This document shows, in pieces, positions 18,401-26,792 of a stretch of DNA of 64,000 bases. Origin of the DNA: Bacteroidota bacterium (GTDB lineage Bacteria > Bacteroidota > Ignavibacteria > Kapaibacteriales > HRBIN21); assembly GCA_030550395.1 (NCBI GenBank), contig JAUQPL010000006.1, positions 4,624 through 68,623 of the forward strand, in the 5' to 3' direction. The notes beneath the pieces were generated by a model. It was not told the origin of the DNA. It did not search any database and was given only the letters and a program-made list of their open reading frames with translations. A program made the position numbers and the translations under genes. The number at the start of each line of letters is the position of its first letter. Positions within the stretch are counted from its first letter, which is position 1.

Positions 18401-18608
18401 GAACCGTCCCGAGACGTTTAGCCCAGCGCAGTACGACAGTTATGGGCGCCGTCTCTATTCACCCGATGCAGACTTCAACCGAGATGGTGTTGTTACCCAG
18501 GAAGAGAAATACCAGAGTTACCTGCGATGGGTGCGGGATACGATTGCCCGCCAGCTTAACTACCGCTTACCACGTTCGGTGAACGTAGGTTTTGTCCTGC
18601 GCTTCTGA
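15441..18608 (+). CDS. TonB-dependent receptor-like outer-membrane protein with N-terminal CarboxypepD_reg domain
   Basis: Signal peptide, CarboxypepD_reg-like segment (GKVTDKEGKPIPGATIRIEGTT...SYTVVVRAVGY), a plug-like region (...FIVRGSRAIETQIRLDGLDI...), a long beta-barrel and a C-terminal ...VNVGFVLRF. GAGGAG SD 5 nt upstream. Confidence 0.75.
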   Translation: MRRAVLWTTVAMVVLSSSLWAGIYGVLAGKVTDKEGKPIPGATIRIEGTTLGGFARPDGRFSIVNVPAGSYTVVVRAVGYREVRLQVRISADQTTEIAVQLEPEAVRVQEVTVEAKAPLVEKYAIGTLRNVTSEELRNIPRQTVQQVALLTPGVLAAGNGFIVRGSRAIETQIRLDGLDIADQFVGAFGNGGFRYFPTVSNLAVEEVQVLTGNFAAEYGNALGGVVNTVTKTGRTDRYEATLRFYTDDIGFLYGTARNGLQRLPQKEYNYELAFGGPIPLLSGSTFYLAAQYVTNRHRNAGLDVRDPWGNSWGQLPQDRTWMRSLSARAKFALTKDVSLLLGGMFGLTDYERPSIGWMYARDEGVVDGVSNGVQEYFAKRAVIDQFVGNVLARITHTLSQTTYYELTVSNTWNVNEVSRRYLAYEPGKGWVKGYFDRPHFFKGFDLWYPQDDYVIEGNQLLPKALRGEVGDKVIDHYSLLTGQTVSEDGYLITVRPIRHPWTGYVEGSSNATSTRNPYGLQAFFAAAGNERAFEFRYSQYFQVDGYITSRVEVGDIVHLLKAGFETRFLTLHHHYNSLPWDGNAFFDVYTDRWGGNIYAENRQVWELTSKPYKPYTIAAYVQDQFTYRGMILNLGLRFDYFQPNAKYRTESQRFIPIQEQAYFAPATAKLLLSPRVSINYPITERSTFSVAYGIFQQMPQPNFLYDALNTFRLRGNQILGNPNLGTQRSNQYQVSYAHALTEDFAVDVTAFYKDIYNQVGLRYVPTLPDPYSEYTVAEYGNVRGVEVRLRRRPVGNFAFDINYTLSYARGTASGPTTQYRQTILSGEDPYTGTKTFPLTEYFLDYDRRHVVNFTLSFFLREGEGPSIAGLRLLENTTLSLTGFFRTGTPYTQRDRQGNQVGEYNGARQPSDWTVDMRLQRAIPLRLLFGEAFQNATLELYVDIFNVLNNTKPVAVYERTGSPDYDGVDLNRQIGDFSIVNWYKDPDPNRPETFSPAQYDSYGRRLYSPDADFNRDGVVTQEEKYQSYLRWVRDTIARQLNYRLPRSVNVGFVLRF

Positions 18609-18665
18609 CAGCGTAACGCATAAGTTTATGAGAGATTGTCAAACTCAGGAGACGGGGGATATGTG

Positions 18666-21600
18666 ATGCGAGGGCGATGTGTTCTCTTACTTTGCATGCT
18701 TTTGGCTAGTATCTTGAGTACTCAGGCACGGACGCTACAGAGTGGAACGCCGCAAAAAGATAGCGATGCTGCCCAACCAATGCGTCTGGCACAGGGAACG
18801 TTTGAACAACGGAAAAACCGTGTTAGCCGTATAGAGTTCTATTCCACCAACTATGGCATCTTCGGGCTCAACATTGCGGCAAACCGCGGTGGGGGATTTT
18901 GGCCCCGCGGCTCGCAGAACCAGTATATCTTCGGCGGAGGAATTTGGTTCGCTGCCAAGAAATGGGTGCGAAATGAATTGCGCAAACTTGTGGTCCTCTC
19001 CTATAACCCTAACTCTGGAGCTTCGTGGATGGTGCCCGGGCGTATCGCTGACGGGGATGAGTATAGCGACGACCTGAAGGATAAATATCAGCTTTACTTT
19101 TCCACCGACTATGCACCGGATGGTACGCCTCTTCCGGAGAGAGCTGGAGAGCGTCCCCAAGGACCGAATTGGCCACTGTGGATTACCTCAGAGACAGAAA
19201 CACTAAAGGTTAATCGCTACTTTGGTGACTACGTTGATGACCTCGATAAGCGAAACGTACAAACATATCCCCGAGGTCCGGCTTTCATCTCGCAAGAAGA
19301 CATTTGGTCGGTTTTCAAGGACACAGATTTGCGGCGTTACGAAGGCGGGGTTGCCGTTCGCCGCTCACAGGGGTATCCGCTGCGGGTAGAAATTGAGCAA
19401 ACTATCTACTCGTGGGGCTTTGGGGATTACGGGGACTTCATCTTCCTGAAGTACCTCATCATCAATCGTTCGCGGGACACTTTGTGGGAATGCTGGATGG
19501 CGCCGGCAATGGATTTTGATATTGGTCCGGCGAATAACCCCGTGGGGATTGCTGGAAATGACCGAGTACGCTTCTACGACGAGGACCCCAGTCTCAATTT
19601 GGCCATTCAGTGGAGTAATCCCGATCAGGGTGAGGGAGGAAAGGGCTTTGGATATCTAGGGATGACCTTCCTAGAGAGCCCTGCTGTGGACCCGATGACG
19701 GGGTTCATCCGAAAGGATAAGCGTTTCTATCCTCTACAGGAGCAGCTAGGGTTAGTGACGTTCCGAAACTGGGTTATCCAAAACGACCCTTCGGGAGATG
19801 AAGAGCGATACGACTTTATGGCTGCCCGTATTCGCGATGGCGATACAGGACCTGGCGATAAGCGCTTTCTGATGGCAACGGGGCCTTTCAACATGGCGCC
19901 AGGAGATACAGCACGGGTAGTCGTTGGGCTGGTATTGGCTCCGACTTCTACGGGAGCCGATCCGAGAGGCTCCGGTGATTTGGATGAATTGGTGCGCAAG
20001 GTCCGTTTTGCACAGGCAGTCTATGATGGTGGGTTCAAGGCCCCTGTGCCACCGGATCGCCCCAATATTAGTTGGACTCCTCTCAATGGAGGAGTTGTTA
20101 TCCGGTGGGACTCCACGGCGGAGTACTCTTACGATGATAGCGAGCGAGGGCTGGACTTTTTGGGATACCGGCTCTATCGTGCGCGGCGGATGGACTTGGA
20201 TTCCTTTGATGTAGACAATCGCCCTTCCATCGCCCGGGGACCCTTTGGCTGGAAGGAAATTGCTCGGTGGGAAGTCCCGTATCCGTTCGTAAAGAAGAGT
20301 GACCGACCGTTGTTGGCAGGCGTCAGTAAGAATCCCCTCATAGACTCTCTCATTTTCCTCCGCCAATCGGATACGGCAGGCTTCAGTGTGGAGGTAGCTC
20401 GCGTGGGGTATGGAGGGGAGCCGTGGGGAGAGTTCTGGCAGAGCCTGGATCCGAATGTGCGTAACCGTTACCTCCAAGGCCGGGTAGAAATCAGCCGCGC
20501 ACTGACGGGAGGTCGTGGACTGAAGCGAGCGGATTTCGCTACAACGGAGGAGTTCCTCAACGCCCTCTATGACTACATCCAGCAAGGAAAGGCGACGGTG
20601 ATTTTCCCCGATTTTGATGACGACCCCGATTTGCGGCAGCGTGTCCGCCAGACCATTGCTCGGTATATGGCCCGTGTTACCAATAACCGCACGTTTGTGG
20701 ATGTCGGGGATGATAACCGAGACGGTGTGGTAGAGGATCACCCCGATCCAACCCGAACGGAGCGGCTTTTCAATAATGTGGACTACTACTACCGGTTGTT
20801 GGCGTATGACGAGGGCGATCTCATCCAACGGACTCCGGGCAAACTCAATATTGGGGTAGCAGGGGTCAACGTCGTCCAGGCTTTCCCCCGCTCAGCTCCT
20901 GCTAGCGAGGCGGCAACGGTTACGATCACGGCAGAAGACCGTGATAAGCTGGGTGGTATTTACAATCTCCGCTTCTTGGTTCAGGACCCGCAACGGCTCC
21001 AGCAGCTTTTTGCCGGACACGAGTTGGAAATTGAGTTCCAACCTCTTTGGTTTGGGACCGCTTTCTTTGCCCCTTCCGGGATGGTCAATGGGATTTATGC
21101 CCGTGAAATCATCCTCCGTGATCTTACAACCGGCACGGAGTTAGGTCGGTATCAGACACTCTTTGAACCGACTCAATGCCAAAGTAGCGTATTGGGAATG
21201 CCATCGGAGTTTGCGGGGGTTTCTACAGGTGATACGACCCAGGGAATCGGGCGCCTTGATACGGTCGGATATATCCAGCGAACAGGGACCTTTCGGACCG
21301 ACGCGGTATGCAATGCTCCGGATCAATATGTCTTCGGTACACTTGGCTTTGCCTTTGACTATGCTCTGCAACAGTGGGCGGGTCAGTACCGTCCCTACAG
21401 GGCGCAACGGCGAACGGCAGGGCCGGTCGATGTACCCGTCTATCCCGATCGTACACAAGTGCAGCTAACACAGCCGGACCCTGTCACGGGCCGGTATGTG
21501 AGCTTTAACAATGGTCCGGCGCGGTACTTGGTAGTCCTGGAGCCTGGGGGTGTAGAGACGGTGACAATCACATGGAATTCAGGGAGGAACTCCAAAGAAG

Positions 21601-22493
21601 TGCAGGTGCCGTACTACAATATCCGGGTGTTTAATGACCTCAGCTTTGAGCGTCTCGATCCCGAAACGGGGCAACCAGTCAAGGTGCACTATCCGGGTGA
21701 ACTGCAGCGGGTAGATCTCAGCCTGACGCGGGGTACAGGACCGGATGCTCGGCAAGTGCCGATAGGAGCTTACGGCTTTGCTGCTGTACCGTGGGTTAAC
21801 GGACGGAGTGCCGATGGGATTAGCCAGCGTCGGACGCAGCTGGGGGATTGGATGCCGCAACAGGGGCGTTACTACCTGTCGGTGATTGATGGAACGGATA
21901 CAGTTGACTTTGTCCACGTCTTCGTTGCTTCCGGGTGCCGCTTCGTTGTGGATTTTGCCAATAAGCGCGGGTGGAGTGTATCGCCGCTGGCGGGAGTAGA
22001 GAGAGCGCCGCTACAGCCCACTCAGGACTTCCAAGCGGGAGATACGATTGTGTTTGAAACAACCGGTGGGGCACTGGGCTTGCCGCTGCCAGGGGCGAAG
22101 ATTCGGGCTCGGGTTAGCCAACCGACACCGCTGGAGAATATCACTGACGCGCTGTTGGAACAGCAAGTCAAAGTTGTGCCGAACCCCTACTACGTAACCC
22201 ATCAAGCCCAGCGCTCTCAGTATGATGCGAAGATCTTCTTCACTCGGTTGCCTGAGCGATGCACGATCCGCATCTACACGCTCGCTGGGGCACTAGTCCG
22301 GACTTTGGAATATGATGCTCGTACGGCGCAGGAGGTGGGGCGCCTAGGAGTAGCAATCTGGGACCTGCTCTCGGATAACCTGCAGCGGGTTGCCAGTCAA
22401 GCATTCGTTGCGCACATTGAAACTCCTAACGGTGCTAAAGCCGTGATCCCCTTCAGCGTTGTCGTTGGTGGAATTCGGCAAGTTCCAGAGTAA
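18666..22493 (+). CDS. large secreted protein with T9SS C-terminal sorting domain; candidate PorU (T9SS C-terminal signal peptidase) by synteny
   Basis: 1276 aa from the ATG at 18666 (MRGRCVLLLCMLLASILSTQA signal peptide; AGGAG upstream). The CTD begins ...VKVVPNPYY... (KVYPNP-type start). The gene ends 18 nt before a PorV-family gene, which is the conserved porU-porV arrangement. The C25 catalytic residues were not verified by eye. Confidence 0.45.
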   Translation: MRGRCVLLLCMLLASILSTQARTLQSGTPQKDSDAAQPMRLAQGTFEQRKNRVSRIEFYSTNYGIFGLNIAANRGGGFWPRGSQNQYIFGGGIWFAAKKWVRNELRKLVVLSYNPNSGASWMVPGRIADGDEYSDDLKDKYQLYFSTDYAPDGTPLPERAGERPQGPNWPLWITSETETLKVNRYFGDYVDDLDKRNVQTYPRGPAFISQEDIWSVFKDTDLRRYEGGVAVRRSQGYPLRVEIEQTIYSWGFGDYGDFIFLKYLIINRSRDTLWECWMAPAMDFDIGPANNPVGIAGNDRVRFYDEDPSLNLAIQWSNPDQGEGGKGFGYLGMTFLESPAVDPMTGFIRKDKRFYPLQEQLGLVTFRNWVIQNDPSGDEERYDFMAARIRDGDTGPGDKRFLMATGPFNMAPGDTARVVVGLVLAPTSTGADPRGSGDLDELVRKVRFAQAVYDGGFKAPVPPDRPNISWTPLNGGVVIRWDSTAEYSYDDSERGLDFLGYRLYRARRMDLDSFDVDNRPSIARGPFGWKEIARWEVPYPFVKKSDRPLLAGVSKNPLIDSLIFLRQSDTAGFSVEVARVGYGGEPWGEFWQSLDPNVRNRYLQGRVEISRALTGGRGLKRADFATTEEFLNALYDYIQQGKATVIFPDFDDDPDLRQRVRQTIARYMARVTNNRTFVDVGDDNRDGVVEDHPDPTRTERLFNNVDYYYRLLAYDEGDLIQRTPGKLNIGVAGVNVVQAFPRSAPASEAATVTITAEDRDKLGGIYNLRFLVQDPQRLQQLFAGHELEIEFQPLWFGTAFFAPSGMVNGIYAREIILRDLTTGTELGRYQTLFEPTQCQSSVLGMPSEFAGVSTGDTTQGIGRLDTVGYIQRTGTFRTDAVCNAPDQYVFGTLGFAFDYALQQWAGQYRPYRAQRRTAGPVDVPVYPDRTQVQLTQPDPVTGRYVSFNNGPARYLVVLEPGGVETVTITWNSGRNSKEVQVPYYNIRVFNDLSFERLDPETGQPVKVHYPGELQRVDLSLTRGTGPDARQVPIGAYGFAAVPWVNGRSADGISQRRTQLGDWMPQQGRYYLSVIDGTDTVDFVHVFVASGCRFVVDFANKRGWSVSPLAGVERAPLQPTQDFQAGDTIVFETTGGALGLPLPGAKIRARVSQPTPLENITDALLEQQVKVVPNPYYVTHQAQRSQYDAKIFFTRLPERCTIRIYTLAGALVRTLEYDARTAQEVGRLGVAIWDLLSDNLQRVASQAFVAHIETPNGAKAVIPFSVVVGGIRQVPE

Positions 22494-22511
22494 AGGTGGA
22501 GGGACTCAACG

Positions 22512-23576
22512 ATGGTGCGTGCATATACCCTTGTCCTGGTGCTCTTTGCTGCTACAGCTGAATTGGTAGCTCAGCTCTATGCTCCTTCAGCGGGGAAGTT
22601 CAAGAAGGTGGGTGCTGCTGGTTCGCAGTTCCTGAAGCTTGCTGTTGGGGCCCGAGCTGTTGGGTTAGGGGGAGCCGGGAGTGCGGTCAATGACCTGACG
22701 GCTGTCTACTGGAACCCTGCCGGGATTGCTGATGTGAAGAGTATCAGTGGACATTTCTCGTACACGCAATGGTTTGGTGGCTTCTCCCACCAATTTGCAG
22801 CGGCTTCCGTTCCGTTGGGTGAAAATTACTGTATTGCTCTCAGCTTGGTTAGCTTTACCAGTGGGGATATTCCCGTGACTACCTTGGAGCAGCCCGATGG
22901 AACGGGGGCAACGTATACGATCTCCGATATAGCAATCGGAGCAACCTTTGGGGGAAGGATCACGGAGCAGTTTTCCTTCGGAGTCACAGGACGCTTTGTG
23001 CAGAACGGCCTCTTGAATGTCTCCAGCACGGGGCTAACCTTTGATGTTGGAACGCTGTATCAGACGGATTTCTACGGGCTACGGCTTGGCTTTTCGGTGC
23101 ACAACTTGGGACCAGACATGCAGTATTCGGGACAGGGGCTCTACCTGCAGCGTCGCCTTTTGGATGCCCTCAACGCTGATCCGACAGCAATAAGTATTGT
23201 GACGAATCCGTATGCGGTTCCTCTTATGTTCCGTGCTGGTATTGCCTTTGACCTCCTCAGCGTCATCCAGGGGAAGCAGGAGACTCCTAAACTGTATGCG
23301 GAGGGGCATCAGACCCATCGGCTCATCACCGCTGTGGATTTTGAAACCTATTCTGACGTTCCCGAGCAGTTCGCCGTTGGGATGGAATACACATGGAACG
23401 AGCTTCTCTCGGTGCGGGCGGGCTATCGGTTCGGGAATGACCAAATGGGGCTCACCGCAGGTGTTGGAGTCCGCTACATTGGCAGCGGCTTCCGGGGGCA
23501 GATTGATTATGCCTTGACACCGACTCGGTTGTTGGGATTGGTGAACCGGCTGAGCCTGACGCTGAGTTTGGAGTAA
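22512..23576 (+). CDS. porV: PorV/PorQ-family T9SS outer-membrane protein (FadL-like beta-barrel)
   Basis: N-terminal ...AAGSQFLKLAVGARAVGLGGAGSAVNDLTAVYWNPAGIA... matches the PorV/LptO signature (GARAxxxGGA...YWNPAG). Signal peptide and a GGTGGAGGG SD are present. Confidence 0.7.
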   Translation: MVRAYTLVLVLFAATAELVAQLYAPSAGKFKKVGAAGSQFLKLAVGARAVGLGGAGSAVNDLTAVYWNPAGIADVKSISGHFSYTQWFGGFSHQFAAASVPLGENYCIALSLVSFTSGDIPVTTLEQPDGTGATYTISDIAIGATFGGRITEQFSFGVTGRFVQNGLLNVSSTGLTFDVGTLYQTDFYGLRLGFSVHNLGPDMQYSGQGLYLQRRLLDALNADPTAISIVTNPYAVPLMFRAGIAFDLLSVIQGKQETPKLYAEGHQTHRLITAVDFETYSDVPEQFAVGMEYTWNELLSVRAGYRFGNDQMGLTAGVGVRYIGSGFRGQIDYALTPTRLLGLVNRLSLTLSLE

Positions 23577-23653
23577 GGAAGACAGTAACCCACTTTTCTG
23601 CCCTTGCAGCTCTTCGCCCAAAAGAGGCGGGAGGGTGTTTTTTGCTTGAGAGC

Positions 23654-24745
23654 TTATAGCAGATTGTGTCGCTTTTTGCGGCGCAGATAGCGAACGACTT
23701 CGGCGACGCGCTCGGAGATGCCTCGGGGGCAGATGAGCGTTGCGTGTTCGGTTTCAATGACGATCAGATCGTTCACACCGACCAAGGCGACAGGCTTTCC
23801 CCCACAAGCGCTGACGTAGCAGGAGGTGGTGTCCAAAGCGATAACGTCGCCATGCAACACGTTCCCGCGCGGGTCCTTTAACGAGCGGCGATAGACTTCA
23901 TCCCATGTGCCGACATCGCTCCAGTCAAAGGAGCAGCGAAGGGCCAGCATCTGCGAAGCTGCTATTTCCAGAAGTCCATGCTCAATGGACAACGGGCGGA
24001 GCTGGCGGTAGAGAGCCTCAATAGCGGAAAGGAACTCCTGGGAGTGAAACCGTTGGCACCGTAATTCAGCGAAGAGGGAGTAGTAGTCCGGACGGTAACG
24101 TTCCAGGAGCTTCCAGGCAGTAGCAATTGGGAGAGCAAGGATGCCACTGTACCAGAGGAAGTCACCCAACTCCAGAAAGCGCTGGGCGGTTTCCAAGTCT
24201 GGCTTTTCGGCGAAGGTGCGAACCCGAAAAACGTATTCCTGCCCGATCTGCAGTTCGGGTGCTTCCTCTATCTGTATGTATCCAAACCGGGTCTCTGGGC
24301 GGCTAGGGGGAAGTCCCAGGACGACGGGGCGTTGGGTGGAGGAAGCAGCCCAAGCAGCGTGTTCCACGCTCTGGTGGAATTCCCCCACATTGGCGATGGC
24401 GTGGTCAGCAGGAAAGAGGAAAAGAACCGTGTCTGGGGAACAACGTTGCTCCCACCATAGTGCTGAGAGAGCGAGGCAAGGCGCCGTATTGCGTGCGATG
24501 GGCTCAAGGATGAGCTGAGTGGGGGGGAAGTCGGGAAGATGGCGTTGGAGGAGACTGCTCAGTGCTGTCGTTGTGGCAATAGCGATACGGTCCGGTGGAA
24601 AGAGAGGCTGGAGGCGGCGCAGGGTGCTCTGGAGCATGGAACCGTCAGGGTGAAGGGGAAGGCAGAATTTTGGCATCTGTTGCCGACTCTGAGGCCATAG
24701 GTAGGCGTCAACACCACCGGCTAAAATCGTTGCGACAGCGTTCAT
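23654..24745 (-). CDS. ManC-like sugar-phosphate nucleotidyltransferase paralog with a degenerate P-loop
   Basis: MNAVATILAGGVDAYLWPQSRQQMPKFCL... is alignable to the ManC N-terminus, but the GGxGxRxxP motif is replaced by GGVDAYLWP. The remainder resembles the ManC left-handed beta-helix region. Confidence 0.55.
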   Translation of the reverse strand: MNAVATILAGGVDAYLWPQSRQQMPKFCLPLHPDGSMLQSTLRRLQPLFPPDRIAIATTTALSSLLQRHLPDFPPTQLILEPIARNTAPCLALSALWWEQRCSPDTVLFLFPADHAIANVGEFHQSVEHAAWAASSTQRPVVLGLPPSRPETRFGYIQIEEAPELQIGQEYVFRVRTFAEKPDLETAQRFLELGDFLWYSGILALPIATAWKLLERYRPDYYSLFAELRCQRFHSQEFLSAIEALYRQLRPLSIEHGLLEIAASQMLALRCSFDWSDVGTWDEVYRRSLKDPRGNVLHGDVIALDTTSCYVSACGGKPVALVGVNDLIVIETEHATLICPRGISERVAEVVRYLRRKKRHNLL

Positions 24746-24823
24746 AGAGCCCGCTCCGGCATAGGGCTTCGGTTGTCGGTTGCAAAAATAGCGAAGGAAC
24801 TTCTGCGCTGCAGGCGGCAGGAT

Positions 24824-26707
24824 TTACTGCCCCGATGCAGGCATGAGTGCACCGTTGAGGAGTTGCAGATAGAGCTGAAGCTGGCGGGATAATTGCTGTT
24901 GTCCGTGGCGCTGTGCGTAGGAGAAGGAGGCGGTGAAGCCGTTGATGAGGAGTCTCCGGAGGTCCTGTACCAGGGAGCTATAGTGGTACCGGCGGAGGCT
25001 GGCGCTGAGGGGTTCCAGGGATGAAAGGGAAAGGAGGCGGGGCGAGAGGGTATCTGCTCGGCTGCTCAGGCGTAGTAGTGGTCCTTCGGGGATTTTAATG
25101 TAGGTGGCGCCGATGGCGGGTTCTCGAGCAATGACTTCAGGCGTTACGTACACAGGACGATGGGATATGTGGGCATCGATGAGAGTGTTGAAGAAGCTTT
25201 CATAAGCTCGTTGCAAGCGGGTAACTTCGTAGGGACGCCCTGATTCAAACAGCTCTAATTGCTGTTCGTACACTTGCTGGGCAGTTGTGCAACACGCCAT
25301 GACCTCGGGGTACCACCGTCGCAGCTGGGGCGGATACCATGTTCGGCGCACAAGTTCCTGCTCCACGAGCACAATGTCCGGCCGTACCTTCTCTACCATT
25401 TGCTTGTACCAAAAAGCGGAGCACCAGAAGTCCCACTGCGAGGAGATGATGAGGGCATTGGGCTGGGCAAGCTCGGTGATAAGCCGAAGGTAGTGGGGAA
25501 CAATCCAATCGTGGCGGCGGTTGTTGAAGTGCCAGTTCGTTGCGAGGTTGAGGAGGGGCAAAGCGATGAAGGAGTAGCGGAGAAGGGGAGTAATTCGGAG
25601 ACGTTCCCATACACTAGCAATGCCGACTGTCGTTGCCATCCCGAGGGCACCATAAGCTTGCAGGAAGTAAGGGGCGATGTCGTGGATACTGTAGTTGAGG
25701 GCATACACTAAGCATCCTGCCATTACCAGAAGCAGCCATATTGCCAATGGACGCTGGAGCTTCCAGAGGCGAAACAAGCCGATTGCCGTAAAAGGCAGTC
25801 CTATGAGCCCGAGTTGCCATGGGAGGAGCTCCAGGAATAGGCGTGAATGAGCTACCCACGTAGTGCGGTCAGCAAACATCCAGACCTGGTACTGCCTGCC
25901 GGTAATATGGGCGAAAAATTTCTCCCATCCTCGGGCAACTCCGCCCCAATCCAGGGGTGGCTGAGCAGCACTCCGAAGGGGTAGGGACAGGTAGAGTAGC
26001 AGAGCAAGGGTCAACGCTAGTCCAATCGAGGCCAGAAGTCTCCTGTCCCAACGGCGTAGAGGGACAACTAGTAGCCAAAGGAACGCTGGGCCTAGGAGCA
26101 TCATCATGGCGTGGTTCGTTAGTCCCAAACCGAACAGATATGCGCTACCGAGCAGAAATTGCGCATTTCCAGTTCTCCATGCCCGGAGAAATCCCCATGC
26201 TGCTAGCCACAGTAGGGCAAGGTGGATGGAATACACCTCTATCGCTGTGCCTTGTGCCCAGACAGTGCGAGCAGAAGCGTAGGTCAAGGCACCGAGTGAG
26301 CAAACAACAAGTTGGTGGTGGAGGTGAAGGGAGCGATGAGAGGCTTGAAGGATTTCCCAGCAGATACCGAAGAAGGCTAAAACGGAAAGGGCAGTATAAA
26401 CCGCCGCCAGTAGGTTCAAGGCGCTTATAGGCGGGGCAAACGGGGCTGTCAGTAGGAGCCAGGTGCGTCCAAGGAGCGTGAAGAGCGGATAACCTGTCGG
26501 ATGGGCGACACCCCAGACGAGGCAGCAGGCAGCAAGTTCTCCTGCATCTGTGAAAGTGACGTCGGGGGCGACGGTGAAAGCATACAGACAAAAAGCCAAG
26601 ACAGAGCAGCCAACAGCGGTCAACCAGAAGGGACGTGAAAGCTTGTCAGGAGGCATTGGAATAGACGCAGCAGATGCCGTTCGTCTGTCGGGACGAATCC
26701 TTCGCAT
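24824..26707 (-). CDS. DUF2723-family polytopic membrane protein (GT-C fold, protein O-mannosyltransferase-like)
   Basis: ...APDVTFTDAGELAACCLVWGVAHPTGYPLFTLLGR... is the hallmark DUF2723 N-terminal loop motif (DxGE...HPPGYPLF). There are many predicted TM helices over about 450 aa, followed by a soluble C-terminal domain. Confidence 0.6.
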   Translation of the reverse strand: MRRIRPDRRTASAASIPMPPDKLSRPFWLTAVGCSVLAFCLYAFTVAPDVTFTDAGELAACCLVWGVAHPTGYPLFTLLGRTWLLLTAPFAPPISALNLLAAVYTALSVLAFFGICWEILQASHRSLHLHHQLVVCSLGALTYASARTVWAQGTAIEVYSIHLALLWLAAWGFLRAWRTGNAQFLLGSAYLFGLGLTNHAMMMLLGPAFLWLLVVPLRRWDRRLLASIGLALTLALLLYLSLPLRSAAQPPLDWGGVARGWEKFFAHITGRQYQVWMFADRTTWVAHSRLFLELLPWQLGLIGLPFTAIGLFRLWKLQRPLAIWLLLVMAGCLVYALNYSIHDIAPYFLQAYGALGMATTVGIASVWERLRITPLLRYSFIALPLLNLATNWHFNNRRHDWIVPHYLRLITELAQPNALIISSQWDFWCSAFWYKQMVEKVRPDIVLVEQELVRRTWYPPQLRRWYPEVMACCTTAQQVYEQQLELFESGRPYEVTRLQRAYESFFNTLIDAHISHRPVYVTPEVIAREPAIGATYIKIPEGPLLRLSSRADTLSPRLLSLSSLEPLSASLRRYHYSSLVQDLRRLLINGFTASFSYAQRHGQQQLSRQLQLYLQLLNGALMPASGQ

Positions 26708-26792
26708 TTCAGAAGGACTGCCGGGGTGGACTTGTAGTCGGGAGCTCCCTGTTCAGGGCAATTAAGTTCCTACAAATTCCGAGCTCAAAGGC

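Noticed and set aside
23577-23653. Possible bidirectional terminator between convergent porV and the manC paralog (…cttcgcccaaaagaggcgggagggtgttttttgc…)
   Set aside because: A T-run (tgttttttg) is present, but I could not draw a convincing stem by eye, so it is not reported as a feature.
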